35,567 nucleotides of DNA, from positions 1 to 35,567 of the forward strand of contig JAUCBJ010003049.1 of NCBI GenBank assembly GCA_032718475.1, read 5' to 3'. A program made the translations under genes and the position numbers. The notes beneath the pieces are model-generated. The model saw only the letters and a program-made list of their open reading frames with translations. It made no database searches and was not told where the DNA came from. Shown here piece after piece: positions 10,998 through 22,918 of the stretch. Source of the DNA: Nemertoderma westbladi (lineage: Eukaryota; Animalia; Xenacoelomorpha). Numbering within the stretch: the stretch's first letter is position 1; the number at the start of each line of letters is the position of its first letter.

Positions 10998-12977
10998 GTG
11001 ACTTCAGTTGTACCACACGCACTCACTTCAGTTGGCCCGCACGCACTCACTTCAGTTGGCACACACGCACTCACTTCAGTTGGTCCACACGCACTCACTT
11101 TAGTTGAACCACACGCACTCACTTCCGTTGGTCCACACGCACTCACTTCAGGTGAACCACACGCACTCACTTCAGTTGGACCACACGCACTCACTTCAGT
11201 TGTTCCGCACGCACTCACTTCAGTTGGTTCACACGCACTCACTTCAGTTGATCCACACCCACTCATTTCAGTTGGTCCACACGCACTCACTTCAGTTGGT
11301 TCACACGCACTCACTTCAGCTGGCCCACACGCACTCACTTCAGTTGGTCCACACGCACTCACTTCAGCTGGTTCTCACGCACTCACTTCAGTTGGTTCAC
11401 ACGCACTCACTTCAGTTGGTCCACACGCACTCACTTCAGTTGGTCCACACGCACTCACTTCAGTTGGTCCACACGCACTCACTTCAGTTGGTTCATACGC
11501 ACTCACTTCAGATGGTCCACACGCACTCACTTCAGTTGGTCCACACGCACTCACTTCAGTTGGTCCACACGCACTCCCATCAGTTGGACCATACGCACTC
11601 ACTTCATTTGCTCCACACGCACTCACTTCAGTTGATCTACACGCACTCATTTCAGTTGGTCCACACGCACTCACTTCAGTTGGTCCACACGCACTCACTT
11701 CAGTGGGCCCACACGCAATCACTTCAGTTGGTTCATACGCACTCACTTCAGTTGGTTCACACGCACTCACTTCAGTTGGCCCACACGCACTCACTTCAGC
11801 TGGTCCACTAGCACTCACTTCAGTTAGCCCACACGCACTCACTTCAGTTGGTCCACACGCACTCACTTCAGTTGGTTCACACGCACTCACTTCAGTTGGT
11901 TCACACGCACTCACTTCAGTTGGACCACACGCACTCACTTCAGTTGGCCCACACGCACTCACTTCAGTTGGCCCACACGCACTCACATCAGCTGGCCCAC
12001 ACGCACTCACTTCAGTTGGTTTACACGCACTCACTTCAGTTGGACCACACGCACTCACTTCAGCTGGTCCACACGCACTCACTTCAGTTGGCCCACACGC
12101 ACTCACTTCAGTTGGTCCACACGCACTGACTCCAGTTGGTCCACACGCACTCACTCCAGTTGGACCACACGCAATCGCTTCAGCTGGTCCACACGCAATC
12201 ACTTCAGTTGGTTCACACGCACTCACTCCAGTTGGTCCACAAGCACTAACTCCAGTTGGACCACACGCAATCACTTCAGTTCGTTCACACGCACTCACTC
12301 CAGTTGGTCCACAAGCACTCACTCCAGTTGGACCACACGCAATCACTTCAGCTGGTCCACACGCACTCACTTCAGCTGGTCCACACGCACTCACTTCAGT
12401 TGGTTCACACGCACTCACTTCAGTTGGTTCACACGCACTCACTTCAGTTGGTTCACACGCACTCACTTCAGTTGGCTCACACGCACTCACTTCAGTTGGT
12501 TCACACACGCATTCACTTCAGCTGGTCCACAAGTACTCATTTCAGCTGGTCTACACGCACTCACTTCAGTTGGTTCACACGCACTCACTTCAGCTGGTCT
12601 ACACGCACTCACTTCAGTTGGTTCTCACGCACTCACTTCAGTTGGTTCACAAGCACTCACTTCAGCTAGTCCACACGCACTCACTTCAGCTGGTCTACAC
12701 GCACTCACTTCAGTTGGTCCACACGCACTCATTTCAGTTGGTTCACACGCACTCACTTCAGTTGGTTCACACGCACTCACTTCAGTTGGTTCACACGCAC
12801 TCACTTCAGCTGGTCCACACGCACTCACTTCAGCTGGTCTACACGCACTCACTTCAGTTGGTTCACACGCACTCACTTCAGCTGGTTCACACGCACTCAC
12901 TTCAGCTGGTCTACACGCACTCACTTCAGTTGGTTCACACGCACTCACTTCAGCTGGTTCACACGCACTCACTTCAG
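10998..12977. repeat. ~2-kb tandem array of a 24-bp unit CACGCACTCACTTCAGTTGGTCCA (about 82 copies)
   Basis: Directly visible. Point variants cluster at a few positions, and there is a 2-nt phase slip near 12503. Confidence 0.99.
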
Positions 12978-14151
12978 CCCTCCGCCAAATGTGAAATTTA
13001 TGAACGCCCCCTAAATCTCTAGGATATAGATACAGTACATCTCATGCTAGACATAATTGTGGACCATGTAGGCCAAATAAATAAAAGTAGAAGAATTATT
13101 TACAACGTTGAATTTATTAGTTTTGTTACCATCTGAAAAAACAACACGAATGAAACATTTTTGGAGAACATTTCTTTATCATTTTACCAAATATTATATC
13201 AATAAAAATATCAGTAAGGTGTAAGTTACTACACCAATATAAATTAATATAACAAACAACATTATTTTTCGGTAATAAAATATTTGTTCAAGTTTATTGA
13301 CTTAGTGAGATAAAGTTGAAAGACTTTAAAAAGGTTGCAATAGATTATCAAATAATCTCCCTAATAAAAAGTAATAATTGTTTTAATGAAGTTAGAAGTC
13401 GAAATGATGGTAAATAAGTAAGATTATGGTAGATTATAATATAACAGCTGATTATGTTCACTTTCATTAGAATGATGATTCAAAATATTCCACCAAGTTT
13501 TAGTCCTAATAAATCAATATACAAATATTTCTTTCCTATACAAAGTCAACATACAAATTGCTTTAATTTGACAAAAAAATGTCCCCCAGAAATAAATAGA
13601 TTTTGAAAAAATTTCATTATATTAACAATAATTTACCTGAATAAAGTTCCAAGAAAATATACGTATTGTAGAACGTTAGTACTAAATGTGGATTTATAAT
13701 AAATAAATCGACTGACTGGAGTGCAACACCAATAATTGTTAAAGTCATTTATGTGTGTAAAAGACTTAGACAAGTTTTAAATACAAATATTATGTCTTAT
13801 TAGTGTATTTGATAAAGTAATGCTTATCTGCACCCCCCCCCCCCCCCCCCCCCCCCCCAATGCAACTTCTGGGTCTTCAATAATTTTTAATTTTAGTGCA
13901 CAGATTTCATTATTTCATGTTTTTGCATGACTTAATCAAATACAGTAATAAAACTACTTAAACTTTATATTATGAATTTTTTAATCTCCAAAACTCAAAT
14001 TTCAATAATTTGTAGCACCAAAAATTTATAAACACGAAATATTAAAATTACATCTTGTATTCAATATAGATAGGACATTGAGATAGGATATCTGTATTCT
14101 GTAGAGTGAAAAATAAATAGCTATATGAATTGAATAGTATTGATATACAAA

Positions 14152-14822
14152 CAGCGTGTTCGCCAGAATAACAGAGAATATGTTACGGTTTCATTCAATA
14201 ATAACTCTCCTGCACTTTAACGAAAATTGTTCATTTTGGTTCCAATTGAAAGCCAGAATATAAACTTAGACTTTGGTAAAAAACATGATGTGGTTCTCGA
14301 ATGTCATCATTGCCATAGCAACGCTTCAAAACAAATCCAGTATTGTGATATGATCATCAATGTGATATTAATGTGATATTGCTGCGATGTTAATTAATTT
14401 CATTTTTAAATGCCTTAACAGTTAGTTAGAAAATTTCACTAGTTTAAAAAAAAACAAACGGGGTTCGTCGGTCCGCGCCTATCTCGATACGACATTCCCA
14501 GGGCAATGGATTGGCCGCGATGAAACAAAGGCTGAAGAAGGTCCAGGCTGTTGGTGGCGCCCACATCGAAGTATACTGACTTTTATTCTCGCTCCTCTTT
14601 AATTTGTTTGTTTTAAACTAGTGAAATTTTCTAACTAACTGTTAACTAACTGGATTTGTTTTTAAGCGTTGCTATGGCAATGATGGCATTCGAGAACCAC
14701 ATCATGTTTTTAACCAAAGTCTAAGTTTATATTCTGGCTTTCAATTAGAACCAAAATGAACAATTTTCGTCAAAGTGCAGGAGAGTTATTATAGACCGTA
14801 ACATATTCTGGCGAACACTCTG
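14152..14822 (+). mobile_element. Internally deleted Tc1/mariner element with long (~220-bp) TIRs and transposase remnants (rosa/DD41D-like)
   Basis: Arms 14152-14459 (with ~70 bp of extra sequence) and 14603-14822 are near-perfect reverse complements. The ends are CAG(C/A)GTG, with TA after the right end but AA before the left end. The centre encodes VRAYLDTTFPGQWIGR (14471-14518) fused out of frame to MKQRLKKVQAVGGAHIEVY* (14520-14579). Both peptides are recognisable Tc1/mariner transposase motifs. Confidence 0.85.
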
Positions 14823-16062
14823 TATTATGCACTATTAATTAATTGTAATGGTTTGAGTAACCCTACACTCCTTACGACAACAAAATAAATCCTTCCATTT
14901 GTTACAATTAATAGGGTCCGGTCTCTATTGTTTGCAATAGAGTAATGGGTTACAATAGAGCGCTAGATTGTTTATAATAGAATCCCCCATTGGTTACAGT
15001 ATCACTCTGCATTGGTTGCAGTTTGAGGTTGATCCGTCTGCAGCTTGTATAGATGTATTTAGTTTGTAATGTTAGAAAATACGACGAATAAATAATTACA
15101 CTACCGCTACAGAAAATATGTTAACAGGTGAATAGCGGAAACCAATTCCAGCCGTTTCCCAATGGCGCCTGACCGATCAAACTCATATAAACCCGTGTAA
15201 TAAATAATTGCGATCAGAAACATGGTTAAAACTTTATGTTAAAATATAACTTATGATGTAAATATAGTACACTGTACATTAAGGTACACTACACTGTAAG
15301 GTAAGTGTAACCTAAATCCGAAATACAAAACACAACAAACCTCGTTGGTTGCCAATAAAATTAACAGGCAAAAATATTCGAGCGAAACCGGTCCAAAATT
15401 AATTTTATATATTTTAAATAATTCTGGAAGAACAAATGGCGATATAAAGGCATTCCATATCAAATAAACTACAACTTTCATGTTATGCTACTTACATCTC
15501 CAAATTTAATTAATTTATTTATTTTTTTAATTTTCAACATATTTTTTATCGATTTCGAATTTTCGTATATCTTTGAGCTGAGCAGTGTTTGTTTGTTTAC
15601 CCAAACTTGCTCGCCCCCCTCCCCCTAGCCAAATGGTCGAATACGTTAAATGAAATGCCTAAGCAATAGGGGGGTTGGTGCAAGTCTAAAAACAAATTGG
15701 AGATGTATGGTTAGGTAACATGATTGAATTAGCATGGATATGGATTCTTACAATTCAAGAAAACCACTTTACTAAACATTATACAGTGTATGTTACCGCC
15801 CTACAATGTTCTATATAGCAATAATTCGAAACTAAACTGCATACGAAACATTTAAACTCGCTAAACAAACTGCTTGAACTAGCGAATTTGTCTCACCTTC
15901 TTTATGTCTATGCATTGTTTATATCAGTACCTCTTTTTTACTTGATCTTTTTTGATGATTTTTTTTCATCTCGAAATCTCGAGGCGGAACCTGATAATAT
16001 GATTACCTTTTTTTCATTTCTATTTTTTGTAATGTGTATCACTGTGTCTGTGTTTCAGTTAT

Positions 16063-19000
16063 TCAGATCGAAGGCCCTGGTTGGTAATGGGCGGGGGTGC
16101 GCGATATTGGATGCAAGAAGGCACCCCCTTGAGGGGGGAATGTTGGCGACACTACCAGGTGTTGCGACTGGGTCCCTTGGTGATCGGGGGGCAACATAAA
16201 TACCCCAGGGGGGACTGCGCCGCTGGGGGGGAAGTACAGCGGCTGTGAGGCAGAAGGGGGGAAGGCAACAGTGGGGGTTGCTGTGAGGGGGGAACTCGGC
16301 AAAGAATGTGGGGTCCCCGCTGCAGCACCCGGCGGTGGCACGGCGATATGGTGGGTCCCCGCGGCGGCTTGGGGGGGTAGTTGAAGAGGCACCACTGTGG
16401 GGGGAAACTGAATGCCGCCAGGCCCCGCGGTGGGCTGGTGCATAATGTGAACCTGCTGTAAATGCTGCCCAGGGCCGCCGTTAGTCTGCTGGAGTAGAGG
16501 TGATGAGGGGTTAGCCGCCACCGTCTGAATCAGTTGATTGTTATTTAAGGCGAGAAAGGCGGCTTGTGATTGGTTGAGGTGGTCGCCCTGGTGATGAGTG
16601 GGTTGCAACTGCATGGCAGCAGTGGGTTGGAGCACCAAATTTGCAGCACCTGGATTGGCGGCCGGGTACTGCTGTGGGGGGATGTAATGTATAAGTTGGG
16701 GTGTCCCATTGGGTCCCATCATCCGGTATAGAGTCTGGTACTGGGGCGCCGCGGATCCATTCGTCTGGGAAGGGTTGAATATGGCTTGGGTAGAGCCCCC
16801 TGTCGGTTGGATGTGGAACACGGGTTGGGGCGTCTGGGGGGTGGCAGCGGCAGCCCCTGGGTACAGGAAGGGTCCGTTGGGACTCGCGGCAATCAGGTAC
16901 TGCGGGGACACAGCGAGTTCTTTAACTGGGCGAGGGGGGGCGGGTTGACGGGGTGGCAGGAGGGTAGCCCCCGGGGGCGGGGCTGCGTAGTGGGGCGAGG
17001 GGCGCGCCGCTGGAATCGGCTGGCCTGCGAATTGAGGGTAACCAAGTGGCGCGGCGCCCGTATATATGGGGGAGCCCTGAGGTGTAGCTTGGGCAGACAG
17101 TTGGGCGACAGCTGGGTGCTGCTGCGGGTATATGGGCTGCATGGTGCCGCCAGCGGAAGGGCTGGGAATGCGACCTGCGGCAGGGGGGGTGGGGGTTTTA
17201 GTCGCGGATTTGAGGGGTACACTGGGCGGTGCCGCGGGGGGAGGGGCTTTCGGTTTAAATTCGAAGGCAACGGCGTTTGGATTGAGGCTGGAGCCAGCTA
17301 GAGATGAAGGGTTTGTCTCCACTGGAGGTGTCGGTGTTGGATCAGGGTAGCTACCTGGGCCGCGTGTGCCCCCATCCACGCCCCCCAACCGTGGTGATGG
17401 TTGCGACGAACCATCACTCCCGCTGTCGCATGGTGGCTTCGGCACAAAATCTTCGGATTTCCCCGTCGGTTTGTAGTTGAAATCTTTGTGAAATTTCTTG
17501 AGAGTTGAAATCTCGGCGGTTCGCTTTTCCAGGTTGATGTCTCCGGGTTGGGGTTTATGCGTCTCATCAACCGTCTCCGGTGTTTCTCCGCGCAACTGCG
17601 ACGATACCGGTGGGTTGAAGTGTGGTGGTAGTGCGGGCTGTAGGATTAGTGGTGTGGTATGTTGGCGACCTGGAGGTCGGTGTGACTGAAGTTGCGTTGG
17701 GTGTTGGGGCAGCCCCGGGTGCTGGGGTGGACCTGGGTGCTGGGGCTGTCGTCCTTGGTGCTGCCCCGGGTGTTGGGCTTGCCCTTGGTGTTGAGAGTGC
17801 ACTTGGTGCTGGGGTTGGCCTGTGTACTGTGATTGCGCCGGGTACTGGGGTTGCGAAGGGTGCTGGGGTTGCGATGGGTGCTGGGGTTGTGATGGGTGCT
17901 GGGGTTGCGAAGGGTGCTGGGGTTGCGATGGGTGCTGGGTTTGCGATGGGTGCTGGGTTTGGGATGGGTGCTGGGGTTGCGCTGGGTGTTGGGGTTGCGG
18001 TGTGTGTTGGGGTTGCGCTGGGTGTTGGGGTTGCGGTGTGTGTTGGGGTTGCGGTGTGTGTTGGGGTTGCGCTTGGTGATGGGGTTGGGATGGGTGCTGG
18101 GATTGCGATGGGTGCTGGGTTTGTGAAGGGTGCTGGGTTTGGGATGGGTGCTGGGTTTGGGATGGGTGCTGGGGTTGAGATGGGAGCTGGGTTTGCGATG
18201 GGTGCTGGGTTTGCGCTGGGTGTTGATGTGGCCCTGGGTGCTGTGGTTGTGATGGGTGCTGGGTTTGCGCGACAGGGGGGTGGTAGACCTGATATGGGTG
18301 CTGCAGCGGCCCGAAGGATGTGGGGGGCCCTCCTGCTAGATTATGTTGTTGAACATACATCGGATAGGGCTGGCTGGATGGCGGCTGTAGGATATGTGGG
18401 GCTACGCCATGGGGGAGTGCGGTGTGGGGGGCTGCGCCGTGGGGGGATGGGGCAAGGGGCAGGTTAACCTCAGAGGCGTTGGGTGGGTTAGCGATCTGTG
18501 GGGGACCATCAGGCCCTTCCTGGAGCTGCTGTTGTTGGTAGGGCGTAGGTAACTGCTGAACGAGGCCGGTGGAGAGACCTCGTTGAGACGGGTCTGGGCC
18601 TCGGAACATCGGGACCATGTACTGGGGGCGGGGCGGGCGTTGGGCGCGGGCACCAGTCTGGTAGGGTTGCGGGAGGGAATGGGGCGCCCCGTGCGGTGGC
18701 TGCTGCATCAGCACATGGGCTTGTTGTCCGAGTGATTGGGGAGTTGGGATGAACGACGGGGGACTCTGGATGGGGTCGGACGTGATTGGGGGGCCCAGTT
18801 GTGGATGGGCCGTAGGCGGGCCCAGTTGTGGGTGGGCCGAAGGGGGGCCCGTGTGCGTCTGTGCGGAAGACGTCGGGGGTAGAGAGTGCGATACGATAGG
18901 GGATTGGTGGGGCTGCGTGGACGGTTGGTAGTTCCGGGAGGCAGGATGCGAGGTGGGAAGAGATGTCGGGAACGGTCCGTGGTGGGATGGGTGTGCGGGT

Positions 19001-20148
19001 GCGGGTGGGTGGGGGCCGGGGTGTGGGGAGGCGTGGGGAGTGGGCACCAGGTGTCCGGGATGGTTCGCGGCGTGGGGCGGCGTCTGCATGGGTAGCGAGG
19101 GTCCCTGCAGGGCGTGGATCCCACGGGGGTGATGGACGGGGGGTTGGTGGGGCTGTCCGGGCCCGGACGAGTGCGTCTGTCCGGCGTAGTGGTGGAAAGC
19201 AGGAGACGGGGGTCTAATGCTGCTGTCCAGTCGGGCGTCGCACGAGGTCCGTTTGGGTTCGGGGTGGGTCGGAACTTCGGGTTTGCGGTTCCCAACGCCG
19301 TTCGCTTCTCCCCGCTCTCTCGGAGACACTTTGTTCGACTCGGTTGGCGGTCCGGCGTTGGGTTTCCCTACGACGACGAGGTCCGAAGATGATCGCCGTC
19401 TCTCGCCCTCATCCGTCTTATCTTCGCGACTGGGTGGAACTATCTGCTGGTTGTTGCCGGGCACATTGGCTGGACTATTACTAGGCTGTATGACAGGGAG
19501 ATTATTTGACTGGTTGGTAAGACTGTCGCTAGGCTGGTTGCTAGGTTTATTGTTAGGAAGTCCGTCTGGAAGTGGCGATTGTGGGTTTTTTTTATTGATG
19601 TCGTTCGATCTGTCTATGTTGTTTGTCGGAGCAGGATGGTTGTCGGGTTGGGATACATCTGGTCGCGTCGGAGGTATCGAAGCAACGACCTGCACTGGCG
19701 CGGTCTGCGGCGGCTGGGTCGGTCTCGGTTTCGGTTTGTACGGAGCCGCCGCACCAGATCGCGTCTCGCTCGTGTCGCTCGGATGGGTCCTCCAGTTGGA
19801 GTCAAGCGGGCGATGGTTCACCGAGTCGAGTGGCTGTCTCACCGAGTACCCGGGTCTCGGTTGCTTAGCGACGCCGCCCCGTTGGTAGCCGGATTGCGCC
19901 GGCGGGAACTGCTGTATGGCCCCGCTGGGCGGGTGTCTGTTGTAGCCCCGACGGGTGCCGCTCTGCGGCGGGTACGGGTAGCCCCGGCCCGGGTTGCTAT
20001 CAACCCGAACAACCGCGCTGTATTTCATCTCCTCCGAAGTATCTCGATTCTCCAACATTATCCTATCCTTGTAGACTTGGTTAGTCTCGATCTCCTTGGC
20101 CAGCCGCTCCGCCAGCCGCTCCCGTTTAAGGAATTCATCACTGTTATC
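16063..20148 (-). CDS. ATXN2: Ataxin-2 homologue, exon 2 (rest of LsmAD, P/Q/H-rich disordered region, PAM2-like motif, stop)
   Basis: Acceptor TTGCTTCAG|GAT at 20149/20148, phase 0. DNSDEFLKRERLAERLAKEIE...SEEMKYSAVVR matches the ataxin-2 LsmAD. The exon also contains the ISTLKKFHKDF motif and SSLNPNAVAFEFKP (PAM2-like). It is a 4086-nt uninterrupted GC-rich frame ending in TGA at 16065-16063. Confidence 0.93.
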   Translation of the reverse strand, partial: DNSDEFLKRERLAERLAKEIETNQVYKDRIMLENRDTSEEMKYSAVVRVDSNPGRGYPYPPQSGTRRGYNRHPPSGAIQQFPPAQSGYQRGGVAKQPRPGYSVRQPLDSVNHRPLDSNWRTHPSDTSETRSGAAAPYKPKPRPTQPPQTAPVQVVASIPPTRPDVSQPDNHPAPTNNIDRSNDINKKNPQSPLPDGLPNNKPSNQPSDSLTNQSNNLPVIQPSNSPANVPGNNQQIVPPSREDKTDEGERRRSSSDLVVVGKPNAGPPTESNKVSPRERGEANGVGNRKPEVPTHPEPKRTSCDARLDSSIRPPSPAFHHYAGQTHSSGPGQPHQPPVHHPRGIHALQGPSLPMQTPPHAANHPGHLVPTPHASPHPGPHPPAPAHPSHHGPFPTSLPTSHPASRNYQPSTQPHQSPIVSHSLPPTSSAQTHTGPPSAHPQLGPPTAHPQLGPPITSDPIQSPPSFIPTPQSLGQQAHVLMQQPPHGAPHSLPQPYQTGARAQRPPRPQYMVPMFRGPDPSQRGLSTGLVQQLPTPYQQQQLQEGPDGPPQIANPPNASEVNLPLAPSPHGAAPHTALPHGVAPHILQPPSSQPYPMYVQQHNLAGGPPTSFGPLQHPYQVYHPPVAQTQHPSQPQHPGPHQHPAQTQHPSQTQLPSQPQHPSQTQHPSQTQHPSQTQHPSQSQHPSQPHHQAQPQHTPQPQHTPQPQHPAQPQHTPQPQHPAQPQHPSQTQHPSQTQHPSQPQHPSQPQHPSQPQHPSQPQHPSQPQYPAQSQYTGQPQHQVHSQHQGQAQHPGQHQGRQPQHPGPPQHPGLPQHPTQLQSHRPPGRQHTTPLILQPALPPHFNPPVSSQLRGETPETVDETHKPQPGDINLEKRTAEISTLKKFHKDFNYKPTGKSEDFVPKPPCDSGSDGSSQPSPRLGGVDGGTRGPGSYPDPTPTPPVETNPSSLAGSSLNPNAVAFEFKPKAPPPAAPPSVPLKSATKTPTPPAAGRIPSPSAGGTMQPIYPQQHPAVAQLSAQATPQGSPIYTGAAPLGYPQFAGQPIPAARPSPHYAAPPPGATLLPPRQPAPPRPVKELAVSPQYLIAASPNGPFLYPGAAAATPQTPQPVFHIQPTGGSTQAIFNPSQTNGSAAPQYQTLYRMMGPNGTPQLIHYIPPQQYPAANPGAANLVLQPTAAMQLQPTHHQGDHLNQSQAAFLALNNNQLIQTVAANPSSPLLQQTNGGPGQHLQQVHIMHQPTAGPGGIQFPPTVVPLQLPPQAAAGTHHIAVPPPGAAAGTPHSLPSSPLTATPTVAFPPSASQPLYFPPSGAVPPGVFMLPPDHQGTQSQHLVVSPTFPPQGGAFLHPISRTPAHYQPGPSI
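17695..18267 (-). repeat. Coding 18-bp minisatellite encoding ~30 hexapeptides Q(T/P)QH(P/T)(S/A/P)
   Basis: Visible in both DNA and protein: QTQHPS, QPQHPS, QPQHTP, QPQHPA. Confidence 0.95.
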
Positions 20149-20811
20149 CTGAAGCAATCCAATAATATTAAATTAACAAACAATTAGATTTACTGAAATA
20201 TATTCATTTAAATAGAATAGTAATGGAGAATGGAAGTAGCGACACTCATATTGTCCAATAGGATTCACTTTATTACATAATAATCATCACTTCCCATTGG
20301 TTAAAACTTCAGCAGCTGATAGACCATGTCGTAAAGTGTGGAATTGTATAAAAAAGTAAAATGCGACAAAAATTTACTTTGGGCCTTTATGACAATAAAG
20401 CTGCGATATGCGAACCCAAAGGGAGCGGTTTTATTTATAAAGGGAGGGGGGGGGGGGGATAAAATCATGTAAATTACTGACTGTATATTTATATCATCCC
20501 TAAACTGGAGGAGAAATTCATAAATTAATAGGGCTAAATTATTAGTCCTACTCCCCATCCGCACCCTTTTGGGTGTAATATAAATGTCTTTGCAAGCGAT
20601 TTAATGTTGAGGGGTTCATACCATATTACTTTGGTACACTTCGGAGGGCCTATACCTCCCAATATCTAAGATAATTACGCTACGGCTATTATAAATCTGA
20701 TAAATGTAGTTCTTTGGTTCAGGTTAATGTGAATGTATTTAATTTATTTGCAGTTAATGTATTTCGGTGAGTATTTTGAATAGGTTAGTAGCTAAGCCTA
20801 CCTATCCTATG

Positions 20812-22690
20812 CAGGGACAGGATATGATACGAAATCGGGTTTTCGCATTTCGTATCGCAGTATCGAATTTCGTATCGTATCATAAAAATTGACTTTGTAT
20901 CGAATACCGTATTTCGTATCGTATTTTCGTATCATATATTATTTAAAATTTTAATGTTTTTAATGTTTTTAATGGGGATGGGGGGGGGGGGGGGGGGGGG
21001 TACTGGCTTGGAAATCAACATTTTGAAATGCTTACTGCTCCAAAGAGCGATTAGTAGAAAAAAAGTGTAAGATACATTTTTTACATTACCACTACATACA
21101 TAGGCCTATTGAACTGTAATCTGTAATATTAAAAAAACAATCATTTTTAACGCCCCTTAAAGTGGCCACAGCCAAAATTTACATTTTTGACTGCTTTATA
21201 CTTTTCAGAAGTTGTACTTTTTTTATGGTATCAGCACGGCCGATTAAGTGAAAATTTCGAGCAGAATTTTTATTTCGTACTTTTCAAGCAAAATATCGCT
21301 ATTTTACAAAATAATTTTCAAATTTTCAATAAAAGCACTGTATTTTTCGTAAAATGTTCTAACAGATGAACAATTGTAAAACTAAAAAATCTGCTTGAAT
21401 TTTATAATTATTGCGCACACAAGCTACTAATAATGAGTAGTTAATATGATACCAAAAACTTACAAATTGGTTAAAAAAAGGCGGAGGAGATGTGTTTTAA
21501 AAATGAAAAAATACCATTTCCGTGATAATAGCCTTTAAACTTTGAACCTTCCCGCGCAAAAATTGTCTGTTAATATGTGAGAATGTCTGTCAACTGTCAA
21601 TATATATAGTAACACGAAACCACAAAACCACTCTAAGAGTATTGCTAGAGGGGTATTCCTGGTCGCTGATTTTATTTATACTGATTACACTTTTAATGAA
21701 ATCTAGATAGTCTGTTTGTCTGTCTGTCGGTCTTTCTGAGGGATCCGACAATCTGACCGTTAAATATAAGGAAAGTGCACACCTAAACGTTTAGTTATAG
21801 TCATTTCGAGTGCAGATTTAACATTTGATGACTTCCAAATTGTCTGTTAGGCTGTCGGATATATTTTTACTGACAGACTGGCAGGTATACAGACGGCAGG
21901 ACCAAATTTGAATACTAATTAGAAATAAAGTCACGGACCAAGAAAACCCATATAGGAATTTTTTTTAGACAGATAGTATGTTTTCTATTGTTTTGGAGAC
22001 ATACTGACGGACAAACTGACAGTAAAACGGACAGACAGCCATATCTCGAAAAGTAAGACAGATTTGGCGAAAGGGTTTTCATATTTGGAATCTTGATAAA
22101 ATTCTGCTATAGATGAAATAGAAAAATTTTACAAAATTGCTGTATAAACAGCTTAACAGCTTACAATATATTATGTCAATAAGATGTGTAACAGTGTAAT
22201 ACATAGTTATTATTCGCAATGTAAATAACTGTAGAATGCAGATATTTTGGATATATATTATAAAAGACACTGATATATAATTCATATTACAGTTTAATTA
22301 AATTTGTGTGGAGAACTCTAACCACGCCTACACGACATTGATTATATGAGTATGACAATACTTTCTAGTTTTAGTTCAAGATTTGAACGTAAGGCTGTAA
22401 GGAAAATATTTATTCCATTTTAGGTCCAAATAATAATTGCATCCATAACGGCAGTACAGTGTCCATTCGTCATGTATGTTTTTTATATCAGGCAATATTT
22501 CGAAAATTGAAGGAATACTAGATCATTGAACTCGAAATATTTACCTACTAGAGATACATAACTGGTTTTCCATGTTTATTACAAATTAAATACATTTTTT
22601 ATATCAACTCTGAAATAAAATACGAAACGAAAAAATGCGAAACTATTTTCGTATCGTGAAAAATTCTTATAGTATCGTATCCTGTACCTG
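20812..22690. mobile_element. Non-autonomous DNA transposon (hAT-like CAGG...CCTG ends), probably with nested insertions
   Basis: CAGGGACAGGATATGATAC (from 20812) matches the reverse complement of GTATCGTATCCTGTACCTG (to 22690) with 2 mismatches. TTTCGTATCG-type subterminal repeats cluster at both ends. No clear 8-bp TSD is visible. Confidence 0.65.
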
Positions 22691-22918
22691 CATATCGTCA
22701 TGTGGCAATAAAAAGGCTCTAGGGTATCTCAAACTTTTGAAAAAATTTAGATATTAATTTCATGTGAAAGCGTATAAAATTCCACATCAGATGATATGAT
22801 TTTTGATTGTGGGTTGTTATTAAAATTATCACATTTAAATCATTTGATTTGAATTAAATGCAGAAATTCAATAAAACTGTGATTGAAATTAGAATATTGA
22901 GGAATTCCAATAAACCGG

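Noticed and set aside
10988-13022. 674-aa HALTSVGP ORF and antisense TEVSACGP ORFs as a repetitive structural protein
   Set aside because: Several frames on both strands are open because of the unit sequence. The long ORF has no ATG start, signal peptide or unique domain, and it changes peptide after a 2-nt slip. An exon cannot be fully excluded without RNA data.
15888-20187. Many plus-strand and alternative-frame ORFs overlapping ataxin-2 exon 2
   Set aside because: They are shadow ORFs of GC-rich, repetitive coding sequence.
21157-21538. Kolobok-like TTAA-flanked insert nested in the intronic transposon
   Set aside because: TTAAAG...CTTTAA ends are present, but the inverted match does not extend convincingly.
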